From an archaeon (GTDB lineage Archaea; Iainarchaeota; Iainarchaeia; Iainarchaeales; Iainarchaeaceae), in NCBI GenBank assembly GCA_035655435.1, contig DASRUN010000017.1, forward strand, positions 1 through 46,781: DNA of 46,781 nucleotides, given 5' to 3'. A model generated the notes under the pieces. The model saw only the letters and a list, made by a program, of their open reading frames with translations. It was not told the origin of the DNA and did no database searches. How positions within the stretch are numbered: the first letter of the stretch is position 1; each line of letters starts with the position of its first letter. Both the position numbers and the translations under genes were made by a program. Positions 1 through 6,792 of the stretch are shown here, piece by piece.

Positions 1-161
1 ACATCGGTAACCAAGCAAACCATGGTTCCCTCAGTATAATCAAGTTCGACAAACATTCCCCTATGCATTGTGCCGGAGTAAACAACAAAATCCAAAGCGC
101 TGGGAGAAGGGCTTTCGTGGCCGCTGATAATTGTTCCGATGTCATCGTTTTTTTCTTTCAT
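1..161 (-). CDS. HerA-like (HAS-barrel / DUF87-type) ATPase, N-terminal fragment running off the window
   Basis: Absent from the ORF track because there is no stop in the window. The minus-strand ATG at 161 reads MKEKNDDIGTIISGHESPSPSALDFVVYSGTMHRGMFVELDYTEGTMVCLVTDV..., matching the IGxV...F.V....G.fV......G.v..V pattern of HerA N-terminal barrels. An ATGA start/stop overlap joins it to the upstream gene (158-161). nurA lies upstream on the same strand. Confidence 0.4.
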   Translation of the reverse strand, partial: MKEKNDDIGTIISGHESPSPSALDFVVYSGTMHRGMFVELDYTEGTMVCLVTD

Positions 162-586
162 TTTTTTCGTCTCCTAAAAATAGTTACGCTTGGAAATATC
201 TTTTTCCTTTCTTTTATTTTTTGATATGCAGGATAAACAGTTTCTGCAGAATACCAACCGGCAACACAACAAACAGATACCTTTTTTCCCTCGCCAATTT
301 TTTTATTGGCAATTGATGCTAATTTTTCTGCGAGACCCTGAGTTCTAAAAAGGCCTAATCGAAGAAAATAACTTTTAATGCCGACTTTTGGTCCGACAGA
401 AATAAAGGTTATGCCTCTTTTTTTCCCTTCCTGCAGAATCTGAGGCTCCGGGTGAAAATAAGAAACAACAACATTAACTCCTTTTTCTTGCAATCTATCC
501 AAATCAGCAAAAGTCACAGGAAATCCTGAAGTAAAAAAATCTTGTTCGTGTTCAATAATGTCGTAAGGATACCTTCTTTCAACCAT
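158..586 (-). CDS. PTP/dual-specificity-phosphatase-fold-like protein with a degenerate P-loop (CX5S instead of CX5R)
   Basis: This is ORF 158..661 trimmed to the internal Met (MVERRYPYD...), whose ATG overlaps the upstream stop as ATGGTTGA. The segment GEGKKVSVCCVAGWYSAETVYPAY resembles the VxVHCxAGxxRSxT phosphatase loop, but His is replaced by Cys and Arg by Tyr/Ser. Confidence 0.4.
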   Translation of the reverse strand: MVERRYPYDIIEHEQDFFTSGFPVTFADLDRLQEKGVNVVVSYFHPEPQILQEGKKRGITFISVGPKVGIKSYFLRLGLFRTQGLAEKLASIANKKIGEGKKVSVCCVAGWYSAETVYPAYQKIKERKKIFPSVTIFRRRKK

Positions 587-764
587 TCTTCGCACTCTCC
601 AAAAATTCTTTTCTAAATTTTTCAGTTCCTTCAATCGGAAAAACAATTGTGTTACACGCATTGCATTGTACTCGATTGTCTGCGGTTTCCATAAAATAAA
701 TCGGTTTGATGTTTGTTGAACCGCAACGCGGACAAAAAACCACTATTAGTTTGTTTTCCTGCAT
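579..764 (-). CDS. small zinc-ribbon protein (61 aa)
   Basis: This is ORF 579..803 trimmed to MQENKLIVVFCPRCGS...CNACN...PIEG. It has a CPxCG...CxxC ribbon. Its ATG (764-762) overlaps the stop of the upstream ribbon gene (TGATG). Confidence 0.5.
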   Translation of the reverse strand: MQENKLIVVFCPRCGSTNIKPIYFMETADNRVQCNACNTIVFPIEGTEKFRKEFLESAKNG

Positions 765-880
765 CAAAAAAAACCTTCCATAGGAGTTCCAATAAAACCG
801 CATTTTTTACATTTTTTCTGAGAACCTTTTAGCATCGGCTGATCCTCAAAACTTTTCGAACCGCACTTTGGGCAAATCAT
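764..880 (-). CDS. small zinc-ribbon protein (38 aa), paralogue of 579..764
   Basis: Below the ORF-track cutoff. The minus-strand product is MICPKCGSKSFEDQPMLKGSQKKCKKCGFIGTPMEGFF. An ATGA overlap joins it to the upstream AbrB-like gene stop (877-880). An alternative in-frame ATG lies at 901. Confidence 0.4.
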   Translation of the reverse strand: MICPKCGSKSFEDQPMLKGSQKKCKKCGFIGTPMEGFF

Positions 881-1032
881 AAGTTCACCTTCTTTTTCCA
901 TTCAACATATTTTGATTTTTTTATTAACAAAAAACCTTCCTGAGTTGGTTGTACAATAAGAATAGTTCCAGGTTTCAATTTTTCCTGTCGCCTTAACTCA
1001 GCAGGAAGTGTTATTCTTCCCCTTGTAGACAT
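877..1032 (-). CDS. AbrB/SpoVT (MazE-like) swapped-hairpin domain protein (51 aa)
   Basis: Below the ORF-track cutoff. The minus-strand product is MSTRGRITLPAELRRQEKLKPGTILIVQPTQEGFLLIKKSKYVEWKKKVNL. The GRITLPAELRR..L.PG segment is the classic AbrB-type DNA-binding motif. Confidence 0.5.
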   Translation of the reverse strand: MSTRGRITLPAELRRQEKLKPGTILIVQPTQEGFLLIKKSKYVEWKKKVNL

Positions 1033-1077
1033 TTTTACAACGTACATAGCACCAACTCTAATTTAGTAAGTAAAACC

Positions 1078-2169
1078 TCAAAAAGGCCTGTTATCTCGCC
1101 TCATCTTTAATTTAATCGAATTCCCCAATTTATCCATTATTTTATTGTAAACAATTTCTATTTCATCGGGCTTTAATTTCGCGCGCATATCAGCTTCAAT
1201 GAGAACGGAAGGATATGCATATTCTCTATGAAGAGAACTGAGTGCGAACGCAACAGAAGCAATTTCATCTGCTTTTTCGGAAACATTTCCTTTTGCAATA
1301 AACTCAACCCTCAAAGGACGATCGTATTCTGTGGGCTTGATGTACAAACCGAAAATATTTTCACTCCACTCGGGAGAAAAATCCTGGAGCACCGGATGCT
1401 GTTTTATATTTTTTGTATAATTGAAAACGCACGAACGTTCATTTACCCCAAGAAAATAATCCAAAAAAGCGGAATCGAACATTCCTTCTAATTTCTCCGG
1501 CTCGAGAATTGAATCTTTTGAAAGAATTTGCTCTTGTACAATTTGGCGAAAGCGCGAACCGCGAGAATCCTCAACAGTAGCAATCAAAGTACAATTATTT
1601 TTTTCCGCCAACTCGTAAAGGGATTCAAATTCTTTTATTATTCCAATATAATTATCCGTTAAAGCGGATTCCTTTCTTGGTTTGTCCTGAAACTGCGGAA
1701 CAATCGAACCGTCAATGAACAAATACTTTGGCTTGTGGAGAAGAATCAATTTTTTTGAAGCATTAACTTCCTCTTTCAAACGAAGCAAGGATTTTGATTG
1801 CTCGGCTTCATCTTCCTCCAACGCACTATTACTCAAACGCGGTTCGGGAAATCTGAAAAAGCCGGGATAATAATGTGCGGCTTTTACAATGCCGTTATCA
1901 TACTCAAAACAAACTCCTACAGCGCGAACAAGAACAATATCCAGCGAAGCCAATCGTTTTGCAACAAAACCTGAATCAACTCCCCCTATCAAACCATTCG
2001 GAACCCACTTTCTAACAGGAGAAACCAATTTAGGTTCTTTCAAACCAAAATCAGGGGAAAAAATTTTATTCTTTAAGGGAGAAAGCTTTTGTGAAACCAA
2101 TTGTTTCCTTTTTTCGGAAGAGTGGATTGTTTCCACGGCCGAATTAATCACAAAACCAATATTATTCAT
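1078..2169 (-). CDS. nurA: NurA-family 5'-3' nuclease
   Basis: 363 aa. It carries IGGVDSGFV and LFIDGSIVPQ acidic motifs and a C-terminal YAYPSVLIEADMRAK motif typical of NurA. A HerA-like gene lies downstream on the same strand. Confidence 0.65.
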   Translation of the reverse strand: MNNIGFVINSAVETIHSSEKRKQLVSQKLSPLKNKIFSPDFGLKEPKLVSPVRKWVPNGLIGGVDSGFVAKRLASLDIVLVRAVGVCFEYDNGIVKAAHYYPGFFRFPEPRLSNSALEEDEAEQSKSLLRLKEEVNASKKLILLHKPKYLFIDGSIVPQFQDKPRKESALTDNYIGIIKEFESLYELAEKNNCTLIATVEDSRGSRFRQIVQEQILSKDSILEPEKLEGMFDSAFLDYFLGVNERSCVFNYTKNIKQHPVLQDFSPEWSENIFGLYIKPTEYDRPLRVEFIAKGNVSEKADEIASVAFALSSLHREYAYPSVLIEADMRAKLKPDEIEIVYNKIMDKLGNSIKLKMRRDNRPF

Positions 2170-2190
2170 AATAAAGGAAATGGTTCGAGG

Positions 2191-2224
2191 TTTTTAAATC
2201 AACTTAGGGTTCGGTGCCGGTGCG
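2191..2224 (-). promoter_or_regulatory. nurA promoter: GC box CGCACCGGCACCGA + 12-nt spacer + TATA box TTTAAAAA
   Basis: On the minus strand, positions 2224-2211 read CGCACCGGCACCGA, 2210-2199 read ACCCTAAGTTGA and 2198-2191 read TTTAAAAA. A further 21 nt leads to the nurA ATG at 2169. The radA and vapB promoters have the same architecture. Confidence 0.55.
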
Positions 2225-2315
2225 GAAAAACAAGAGAGTTTTACACATAACGAACTTCATGCAACCACGGATCAACAGCAAAATATAAATAGGCAAATGG
2301 ACTTATTTGTTCATT

Positions 2316-2729
2316 ATGAAAGCAGTTTTTGAAGTGAAAACGGTTGAAGCGGATTGGAAGCCGCCGTTCGCAAAGAACATCACAACAGAAGTTTACACTG
2401 TTTCCCAAAATGAGGAATTTGACAGAATACAGGGAAACGGCAACAATGAAGCCGTATTCAGGCTCCTGACGGTTCAAGGAGACCATGCCAAAATACAGTT
2501 CAGCAAGCTTTTTACACTTAAAGAAAATACAGGAAACGCGGGAAAAGACAAAACCGTTACAATACCAAAGGGACACGAAGAAGTAGTGAGCTACTTGTGG
2601 GGAGAGAAAGGAATAACAAAAAAAATTGTTTTCAAAGGATTTTCAAGCACAGAGTTACCAAGATTCCAGGATTCCGGAATGGAAGAAACAAGAGCACAGA
2701 ATGCTCCAATACCAAACCAATTCGAATAA
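2316..2729 (+). CDS. hypothetical protein
   Basis: This is ORF 2307..2729 trimmed to its first ATG (MKAVFEVKTVEADW...). Its composition looks coding. I recognise no family. Confidence 0.45.
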   Translation: MKAVFEVKTVEADWKPPFAKNITTEVYTVSQNEEFDRIQGNGNNEAVFRLLTVQGDHAKIQFSKLFTLKENTGNAGKDKTVTIPKGHEEVVSYLWGEKGITKKIVFKGFSSTELPRFQDSGMEETRAQNAPIPNQFE

Positions 2730-2737
2730 AATCCATT
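2720..2737. repeat. left copy of the 18-bp perfect direct repeat ATTCGAATAAAATCCATT flanking the HicAB cassette
   Basis: An exact match occurs at 3256-3273. This copy contains the stop codon of the upstream ORF (..CAA TTC GAA TAA). Confidence 0.8.
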
Positions 2738-2739
2738 AA

Positions 2740-2946
2740 TTATTCAAAATCTGATTCATTCAAACCTGTTGCTTTTACAATTGAATTAAGAGTTTTCTTT
2801 GAAATCACTTTGTGATTCGGAACCGTAACAGGGATTTTTTCAGGGTGCCTAAGATGAACATGGCTTCCTTTCTGATTTCTGATATAGTAACCTTTTTTCA
2901 GGCGAATTTTAATTACTTCTCCGCCGGAAATAATAGGCAATTTCAT
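2740..2946 (-). CDS. hicA: HicA-family mRNA interferase toxin
   Basis: 68 aa. The sequence ...KGYYIRNQKGSHVHLRHPEK..VTVPNH..ISKKTLNSIVK is a HicA/YcfA signature. A 4-nt ATGA overlap joins it to hicB. Confidence 0.8.
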   Translation of the reverse strand: MKLPIISGGEVIKIRLKKGYYIRNQKGSHVHLRHPEKIPVTVPNHKVISKKTLNSIVKATGLNESDFE

Positions 2947-3167
2947 AGTTTAACTGCAACAGTGGCAATTTCATTTTCTGATTTTATTATTGGAATGCCG
3001 TCCTCTGCAAGAGATTCCATATGCAATTCAATTGCTTCCCTTATATTTTTCAACGCGTCTTTTTTTGACTTTCCTTGACTTATACAGCCGGGCAAAGAAG
3101 GAACAGTAACGGTAAACCAACCGCTTTGCTTATCTTTTTCTAAAATAACTTTCCAATTCATAGTCAT
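2943..3167 (-). CDS. hicB: HicB-family antitoxin (UPF0150)
   Basis: 74 aa. The sequence ...GWFTVTVPSLPGCISQGKSKKDALKNIREAIELHMESL is typical of the HicB N-domain. It lies upstream of, and overlaps, hicA. Confidence 0.8.
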   Translation of the reverse strand: MTMNWKVILEKDKQSGWFTVTVPSLPGCISQGKSKKDALKNIREAIELHMESLAEDGIPIIKSENEIATVAVKL

Positions 3168-3255
3168 ACAAATAGCGCTTGTTTATACTTATAAATTTGT
3201 CGGCGACGTCTGATTGTATTCCAATAATTTAGATTCCTCGCAGAATCACAAATGT

Positions 3256-3273
3256 ATTCGAATAAAATCCATT
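3256..3273. repeat. right copy of the 18-bp direct repeat ATTCGAATAAAATCCATT
   Basis: An exact match occurs at 2720-2737. This copy abuts the alaX TATA box (TTTAAAATAA, 3272-3281). Confidence 0.8.
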
Positions 3274-3302
3274 TAAAATAATTTACAAATTCAAATCCTT
3301 TA

Positions 3303-4007
3303 ATGACACAAAAACTCTACTTAGATGATTCGTATCTAAAAGAATGCGAAGCTACAATCACACACGCTGAAGGAAAATTTGTCGAACTTGACAAAACAAT
3401 TTTCTATCCACAAGGAGGAGGACAGCCAAGCGATATTGGAAAAATTTTTAGAGGAAAAGAAGAATTCAGAATTATTCACGGAAAAAATAACGGAGAAAAT
3501 GTTTCTTACGAAACAGACAAAGAAGGGCTCAAAGTAGGGGATAAAATCAAATGCATTATTGATTGGGGGCCGCGCTACAAATATATGAGAATGCATACAA
3601 GTGCGCACATAATGGCGCAGATTGTGAATAAGGAACTCGGCGCACTCATAACCGGAAACCAATTGGGATTAGAAGAAACAAGGATGGATTTCAGCGTTCC
3701 GGAATTTGACAAAGAACTATTGAAACGCTTTGAAGGAAAAGCAAACGAAATAATTGAGAAAAATTTGCCGATTTCAATTTCTTACGAAGAAAGAGAAAGC
3801 GCTTTGAAAAGACCGGAATTATTCAGATTGAAAGATGTTCTCCCGAAAAACATTCCAATTCTAAGAATTGTCGCAATAGGAAACTTTGATATTCAAGCGG
3901 ACGGCGGAACGCATGTAAAAACAACAAAAGAAATAGGGAAAATAAAAATCACGGATTTCAAAAACAAAGGAGCGGAAAACAGGAGAATTTACTGGACGCT
4001 TGAATAG
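3303..4007 (+). CDS. alaX: alanyl-tRNA editing protein AlaX (AlaX-M type)
   Basis: 234 aa. It carries the MHTSAHIM (HxxxH) and DGGTHV zinc/editing motifs of the AlaRS second additional domain. Confidence 0.85.
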   Translation: MTQKLYLDDSYLKECEATITHAEGKFVELDKTIFYPQGGGQPSDIGKIFRGKEEFRIIHGKNNGENVSYETDKEGLKVGDKIKCIIDWGPRYKYMRMHTSAHIMAQIVNKELGALITGNQLGLEETRMDFSVPEFDKELLKRFEGKANEIIEKNLPISISYEERESALKRPELFRLKDVLPKNIPILRIVAIGNFDIQADGGTHVKTTKEIGKIKITDFKNKGAENRRIYWTLE

Positions 4008-4008
4008 T

Positions 4009-4042
4009 CGCACCGGCAACGAACTCTCAAAATGTTTAAATA
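4009..4042 (+). promoter_or_regulatory. vapBC promoter: GC box CGCACCGGCAACGA + 12-nt spacer + TATA box TTTAAATA
   Basis: Positions 4009-4022 carry the box, which has one mismatch to the radA and nurA copies. The spacer ACTCTCAAAATG follows at 4023-4034 and the TATA box at 4035-4042. A further 22 nt leads to the vapB ATG at 4065. Confidence 0.55.
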
Positions 4043-4064
4043 TTAGTTATACTAAAGTATAATT

Positions 4065-4277
4065 ATGGCTATTGAGGTTACAATAAAAAAATGGGGAAAT
4101 TCCAAGGGAGCTATCTTCCCGAAAGAGTTTCTGGAAAAACAGGGCATAAAGGAAAATGACACGGTACTTTTAGAAGTGGTTAAGAAGATGAATCTTTCAA
4201 AAGTTTTCGGATCCGCCCCGAAAAGAACCATGTCGGGCCAAAAATTTAAGGACATGGTGAGAAAAGGATGGGACTGA
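4065..4277 (+). CDS. vapB: AbrB/MazE-family antitoxin (VapB-like)
   Basis: 70 aa. The sequence VTIKKWGNSKGAIFPKEFLEKQGIKENDTV is a SpoVT/AbrB motif. It overlaps the downstream PIN gene. Confidence 0.75.
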   Translation: MAIEVTIKKWGNSKGAIFPKEFLEKQGIKENDTVLLEVVKKMNLSKVFGSAPKRTMSGQKFKDMVRKGWD

Positions 4278-4639
4278 AAGCCTATTTCTTTGACACCTAC
4301 GCATTTTTTGAAATAATAAATGCGAACCCAAATTACTCTGCGCATCTGGAAACGGTGGGCACGACAACAAAACTAAACCTCATGGAACTGCATTACGGTC
4401 TCCTTAGAGAATACGGTAAAAAGTTTGCGGACGAAAAATATGATAATCTCGTTAAGAACACATTAGAGGTTGATGATAAAACCATAAAAGAAGCAAACGA
4501 ATTCCGACTAAAACACGCAAAAAAGAAACTCTCCTATATCGACTGTGTCGGATATGTATCCGCGAAAAGACACAACCTAATATTTCTTACCGGGGACAAG
4601 GAATTCAAAAACATGGAAAATGTTGAATTCGTAAAATAA
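4268..4639 (+). CDS. vapC: PIN-domain ribonuclease toxin (VapC-like)
   Basis: 123 aa. It has the N-terminal YFFDTYAFFE acidic Asp, then ...SYIDCVGY... and LTGDKEF, which together are the PIN acidic residues. It is paired with the upstream antitoxin. Confidence 0.75.
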   Translation: MGLKAYFFDTYAFFEIINANPNYSAHLETVGTTTKLNLMELHYGLLREYGKKFADEKYDNLVKNTLEVDDKTIKEANEFRLKHAKKKLSYIDCVGYVSAKRHNLIFLTGDKEFKNMENVEFVK

Positions 4640-4676
4640 AGCAACAAATATATTCTTTGATTGAGTTGAATCTCTA

Positions 4677-5027
4677 ATGGAATACAAACAAGTAATTATT
4701 ATCAGAAAAGACCTTGGAATGGGGGTTGGGAAAACTTCGGCGCAAACAGCACACGCATCGCTTGAGGCTTATGAAAAAGCGGTTCGCGAAAAACCAAATT
4801 GGGTTAGGGAATGGAAAGAATCCGGACAAACAAAAATAGTGGTTAAAGTTAATTCCAAAAAAGAATTGTTGGAAATGTTCGAAAAAACAAAAAAAATATT
4901 TCCAACCTCATTGATAAAAGACGCGGGAAGAACACAAATAGAAGCAGGAGAACCAACCGCTGTTGCAATTGGGCCTGCACCTGAGAACGAGCTTAATAAA
5001 TTCACAAAAGAGCTCAAATTACTATGA
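4677..5027 (+). CDS. pth2: peptidyl-tRNA hydrolase, archaeal/eukaryotic type (Pth2)
   Basis: 116 aa. The segments KQVIIIRKDLGMGVGKTSAQTAHAS, KIVVKV and IKDAGRTQIEAGEPTAVAIGP form a strong Pth2 signature. Confidence 0.9.
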   Translation: MEYKQVIIIRKDLGMGVGKTSAQTAHASLEAYEKAVREKPNWVREWKESGQTKIVVKVNSKKELLEMFEKTKKIFPTSLIKDAGRTQIEAGEPTAVAIGPAPENELNKFTKELKLL

Positions 5028-5034
5028 CAAAATT

Positions 5035-5126
5035 GGGAGTGGTATCGAGCACAAGCGACCTTGCAGAACAAGGTTCTGCGAGTCCTCGTCCACAAAGTGG
5101 ACAAGGAGATAGCACGCTTCACTCCC
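5035..5126 (+). ncRNA. candidate structured RNA (three-way junction), function unknown, strand uncertain
   Basis: This is a GC-rich island in an AT-rich intergenic gap. A closing helix pairs GGGAGTG (5035-5041) with CACTCCC (5120-5126). One internal hairpin pairs 5060-5069 with 5073-5082 (core GCAGAAC-AAG-GTTCTGC). A second internal hairpin pairs 5083-5093 with 5097-5107 (TCCTCGTCCAC-AAA-GTGGACAAGGA, one mismatch). Confidence 0.3.
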
Positions 5127-5139
5127 GCAAGCAGGCGGG

Positions 5140-5367
5140 ATGATGAAACCGGATAAAACAATTTTTTTTGGAATAGCGGCACTTGCGATAATTCTTAGTT
5201 TAGTGTTACTTGCATTTTTTGCAGGATTTCAAAAATCATTTGCGAACGCAAACACAATATCAAATTCAAGCCCTGTAGGATTGATTGCAATAGTGGCAAT
5301 AGTCCTTTTCGGGGGCATATACTTATTCAAGGCAGCGGGGCATATTCTCAAAGGAGTGATAGAATGA
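5140..5367 (+). CDS. small membrane protein (2 predicted TM helices)
   Basis: 75 aa. It has two long hydrophobic stretches (FFGIAALAIILSLVLLAFFAGF and VGLIAIVAIVLFGGIYLF). An ATGA overlap joins it to the downstream GTPase gene. Confidence 0.5.
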   Translation: MMKPDKTIFFGIAALAIILSLVLLAFFAGFQKSFANANTISNSSPVGLIAIVAIVLFGGIYLFKAAGHILKGVIE

Positions 5368-6107
5368 ATTATTGGAATATTGTTAGGAATGTTGTGGAAG
5401 AAGCAGACATAGTGATTGAGATAGTTGACGCGAGGTTTCCACAGCAGAGCAGGAACAATGATCTTGAGAGACTTGCGCACGCAAAAGGAAAAAAAATTCT
5501 CATAATACTAAACAAAAGCGACCTTGTTTCAAGAAAAAAACTTGCGGAAGCAAAAAAAGGATTTGAATACCCGGCAATCTTTGTTTCCACAAAAGACCGC
5601 AAAGGAAAAACAAGGATAAAAAAAACGCTTGGAATGCTATCCGAAAAAAAAGACGTAAAAGTCGCAATCTGTGGCTACCCCAACACGGGGAAAAGTTCCA
5701 TAGCAAACATGCTCAGAGGAAAAAAAAGTTCAAGAACAAGTTCAACTGCGGGATTTACAAAAGGAAAACAAGCAGTAAGATTGAGCTCGAAAATAATGCT
5801 CATAGATACTCCGGGAATAATTCCCTTGAACGAACATGATGAAACACTTATGGTTATGTTATCCGCGAAAAACCCACAACATCTAAAAGATATTGAGGGA
5901 ACAGGCCTTGAAATAGGAAAAATTTTGTTGGAAAACAATAAAGAAAAACTCCTAAAATATTATGAAATAGAGGCAAAAGATGAGGAAGAACTGCTTGAAC
6001 AAATAGCACTAAAAAGGAATAAAATGAGAAAAGGAAACATTCCGGACACTAATTCCGCGGCAATGCTGCTGATAAACGACTTCCAAAAGGGAAAAATAGG
6101 TTTATAA
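5364..6107 (+). CDS. circularly permuted ribosome-biogenesis GTPase (YlqF/YawG family)
   Basis: G4 (NKSDL) precedes G1 (GYPNTGKSS) and G3 (DTPG). This permuted motif order is typical of the family. Confidence 0.8.
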   Translation: MNYWNIVRNVVEEADIVIEIVDARFPQQSRNNDLERLAHAKGKKILIILNKSDLVSRKKLAEAKKGFEYPAIFVSTKDRKGKTRIKKTLGMLSEKKDVKVAICGYPNTGKSSIANMLRGKKSSRTSSTAGFTKGKQAVRLSSKIMLIDTPGIIPLNEHDETLMVMLSAKNPQHLKDIEGTGLEIGKILLENNKEKLLKYYEIEAKDEEELLEQIALKRNKMRKGNIPDTNSAAMLLINDFQKGKIGL

Positions 6108-6132
6108 GAAACGGTTTCCAAAAGAATAGAGA

Positions 6133-6789
6133 ATGATTCCACAGCAGACAAAAAAAATCGTTGGTTACTTCATAGCAATATACATAGCATTTGGATTGCT
6201 GTTAGTGTACTTATTTTTGTTCAACACCGGGCTTGAAATAATCGAGGAATTCAACGAACAAACCGCCTCAAAAGATGTGTACATTTACAACAACACGGAC
6301 CGGATAATAAACAACGTGGAAATAAAAATCCGGGAAAATGAAACGGAAACGGAGTTCGCAAAACTGAAATTCCTAGCGCCAAAAGAAAAAAGACTCCTGG
6401 AACTTCCAACAACAATTTCACAGGCAATAATAATAGCAACAGCGCCTTTTCACGTTACCGTTGAAAAATTAGTTGTCCTCAAAGTGAAAGGACAGAACAC
6501 GGTAAAACTAAGTTTCCCGGAAACAATAGAATTCGGAAAATCGTTCAAATTCACCGTGGACTTATGCAACCAAAACACCGATGACACGCAATACAAAATA
6601 GAGGAAGAACACGAACCCGGATTTTTTTCGGAACCATCGAAAACCGAGGTAACCACAATAGAAGCCACAAAATGCAAAACACTTGAATACACACTAACTC
6701 CCATAGGAAAAGGCGAAACCACAATCTATTTTAATGTGAACTCGGAAAATACTACCGACCAAGTTCAACAAACAATAACGGTTGATTAA
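6133..6789 (+). CDS. hypothetical membrane-anchored protein
   Basis: 218 aa. It has an N-terminal TM helix (IVGYFIAIYIAFGLLLVYLFLF) followed by a beta-rich T/E/K-rich domain. I recognise no family. Confidence 0.5.
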   Translation: MIPQQTKKIVGYFIAIYIAFGLLLVYLFLFNTGLEIIEEFNEQTASKDVYIYNNTDRIINNVEIKIRENETETEFAKLKFLAPKEKRLLELPTTISQAIIIATAPFHVTVEKLVVLKVKGQNTVKLSFPETIEFGKSFKFTVDLCNQNTDDTQYKIEEEHEPGFFSEPSKTEVTTIEATKCKTLEYTLTPIGKGETTIYFNVNSENTTDQVQQTITVD

Positions 6790-6792
6790 CCC

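Noticed and set aside
5035-5150. Interpretation of the structured element as 5S rRNA, a tRNA or split-tRNA half, a fluoride (crcB) riboswitch or a C/D-box sRNA (an ATGATGA string sits at 5139-5145)
   Set aside because: It has no T-loop (GTTCRAAT) and none of the 5S loop motifs. The downstream 75-aa protein is not CrcB-like. The ATGATGA string is the start (Met-Met) of the downstream ORF, and no CTGA D box occurs at the right distance.
4769-5182. Minus-strand ORF 4769..5182 (137 aa)
   Set aside because: It is antisense to pth2 and runs across the GC-rich structured element. I consider it an artefact.
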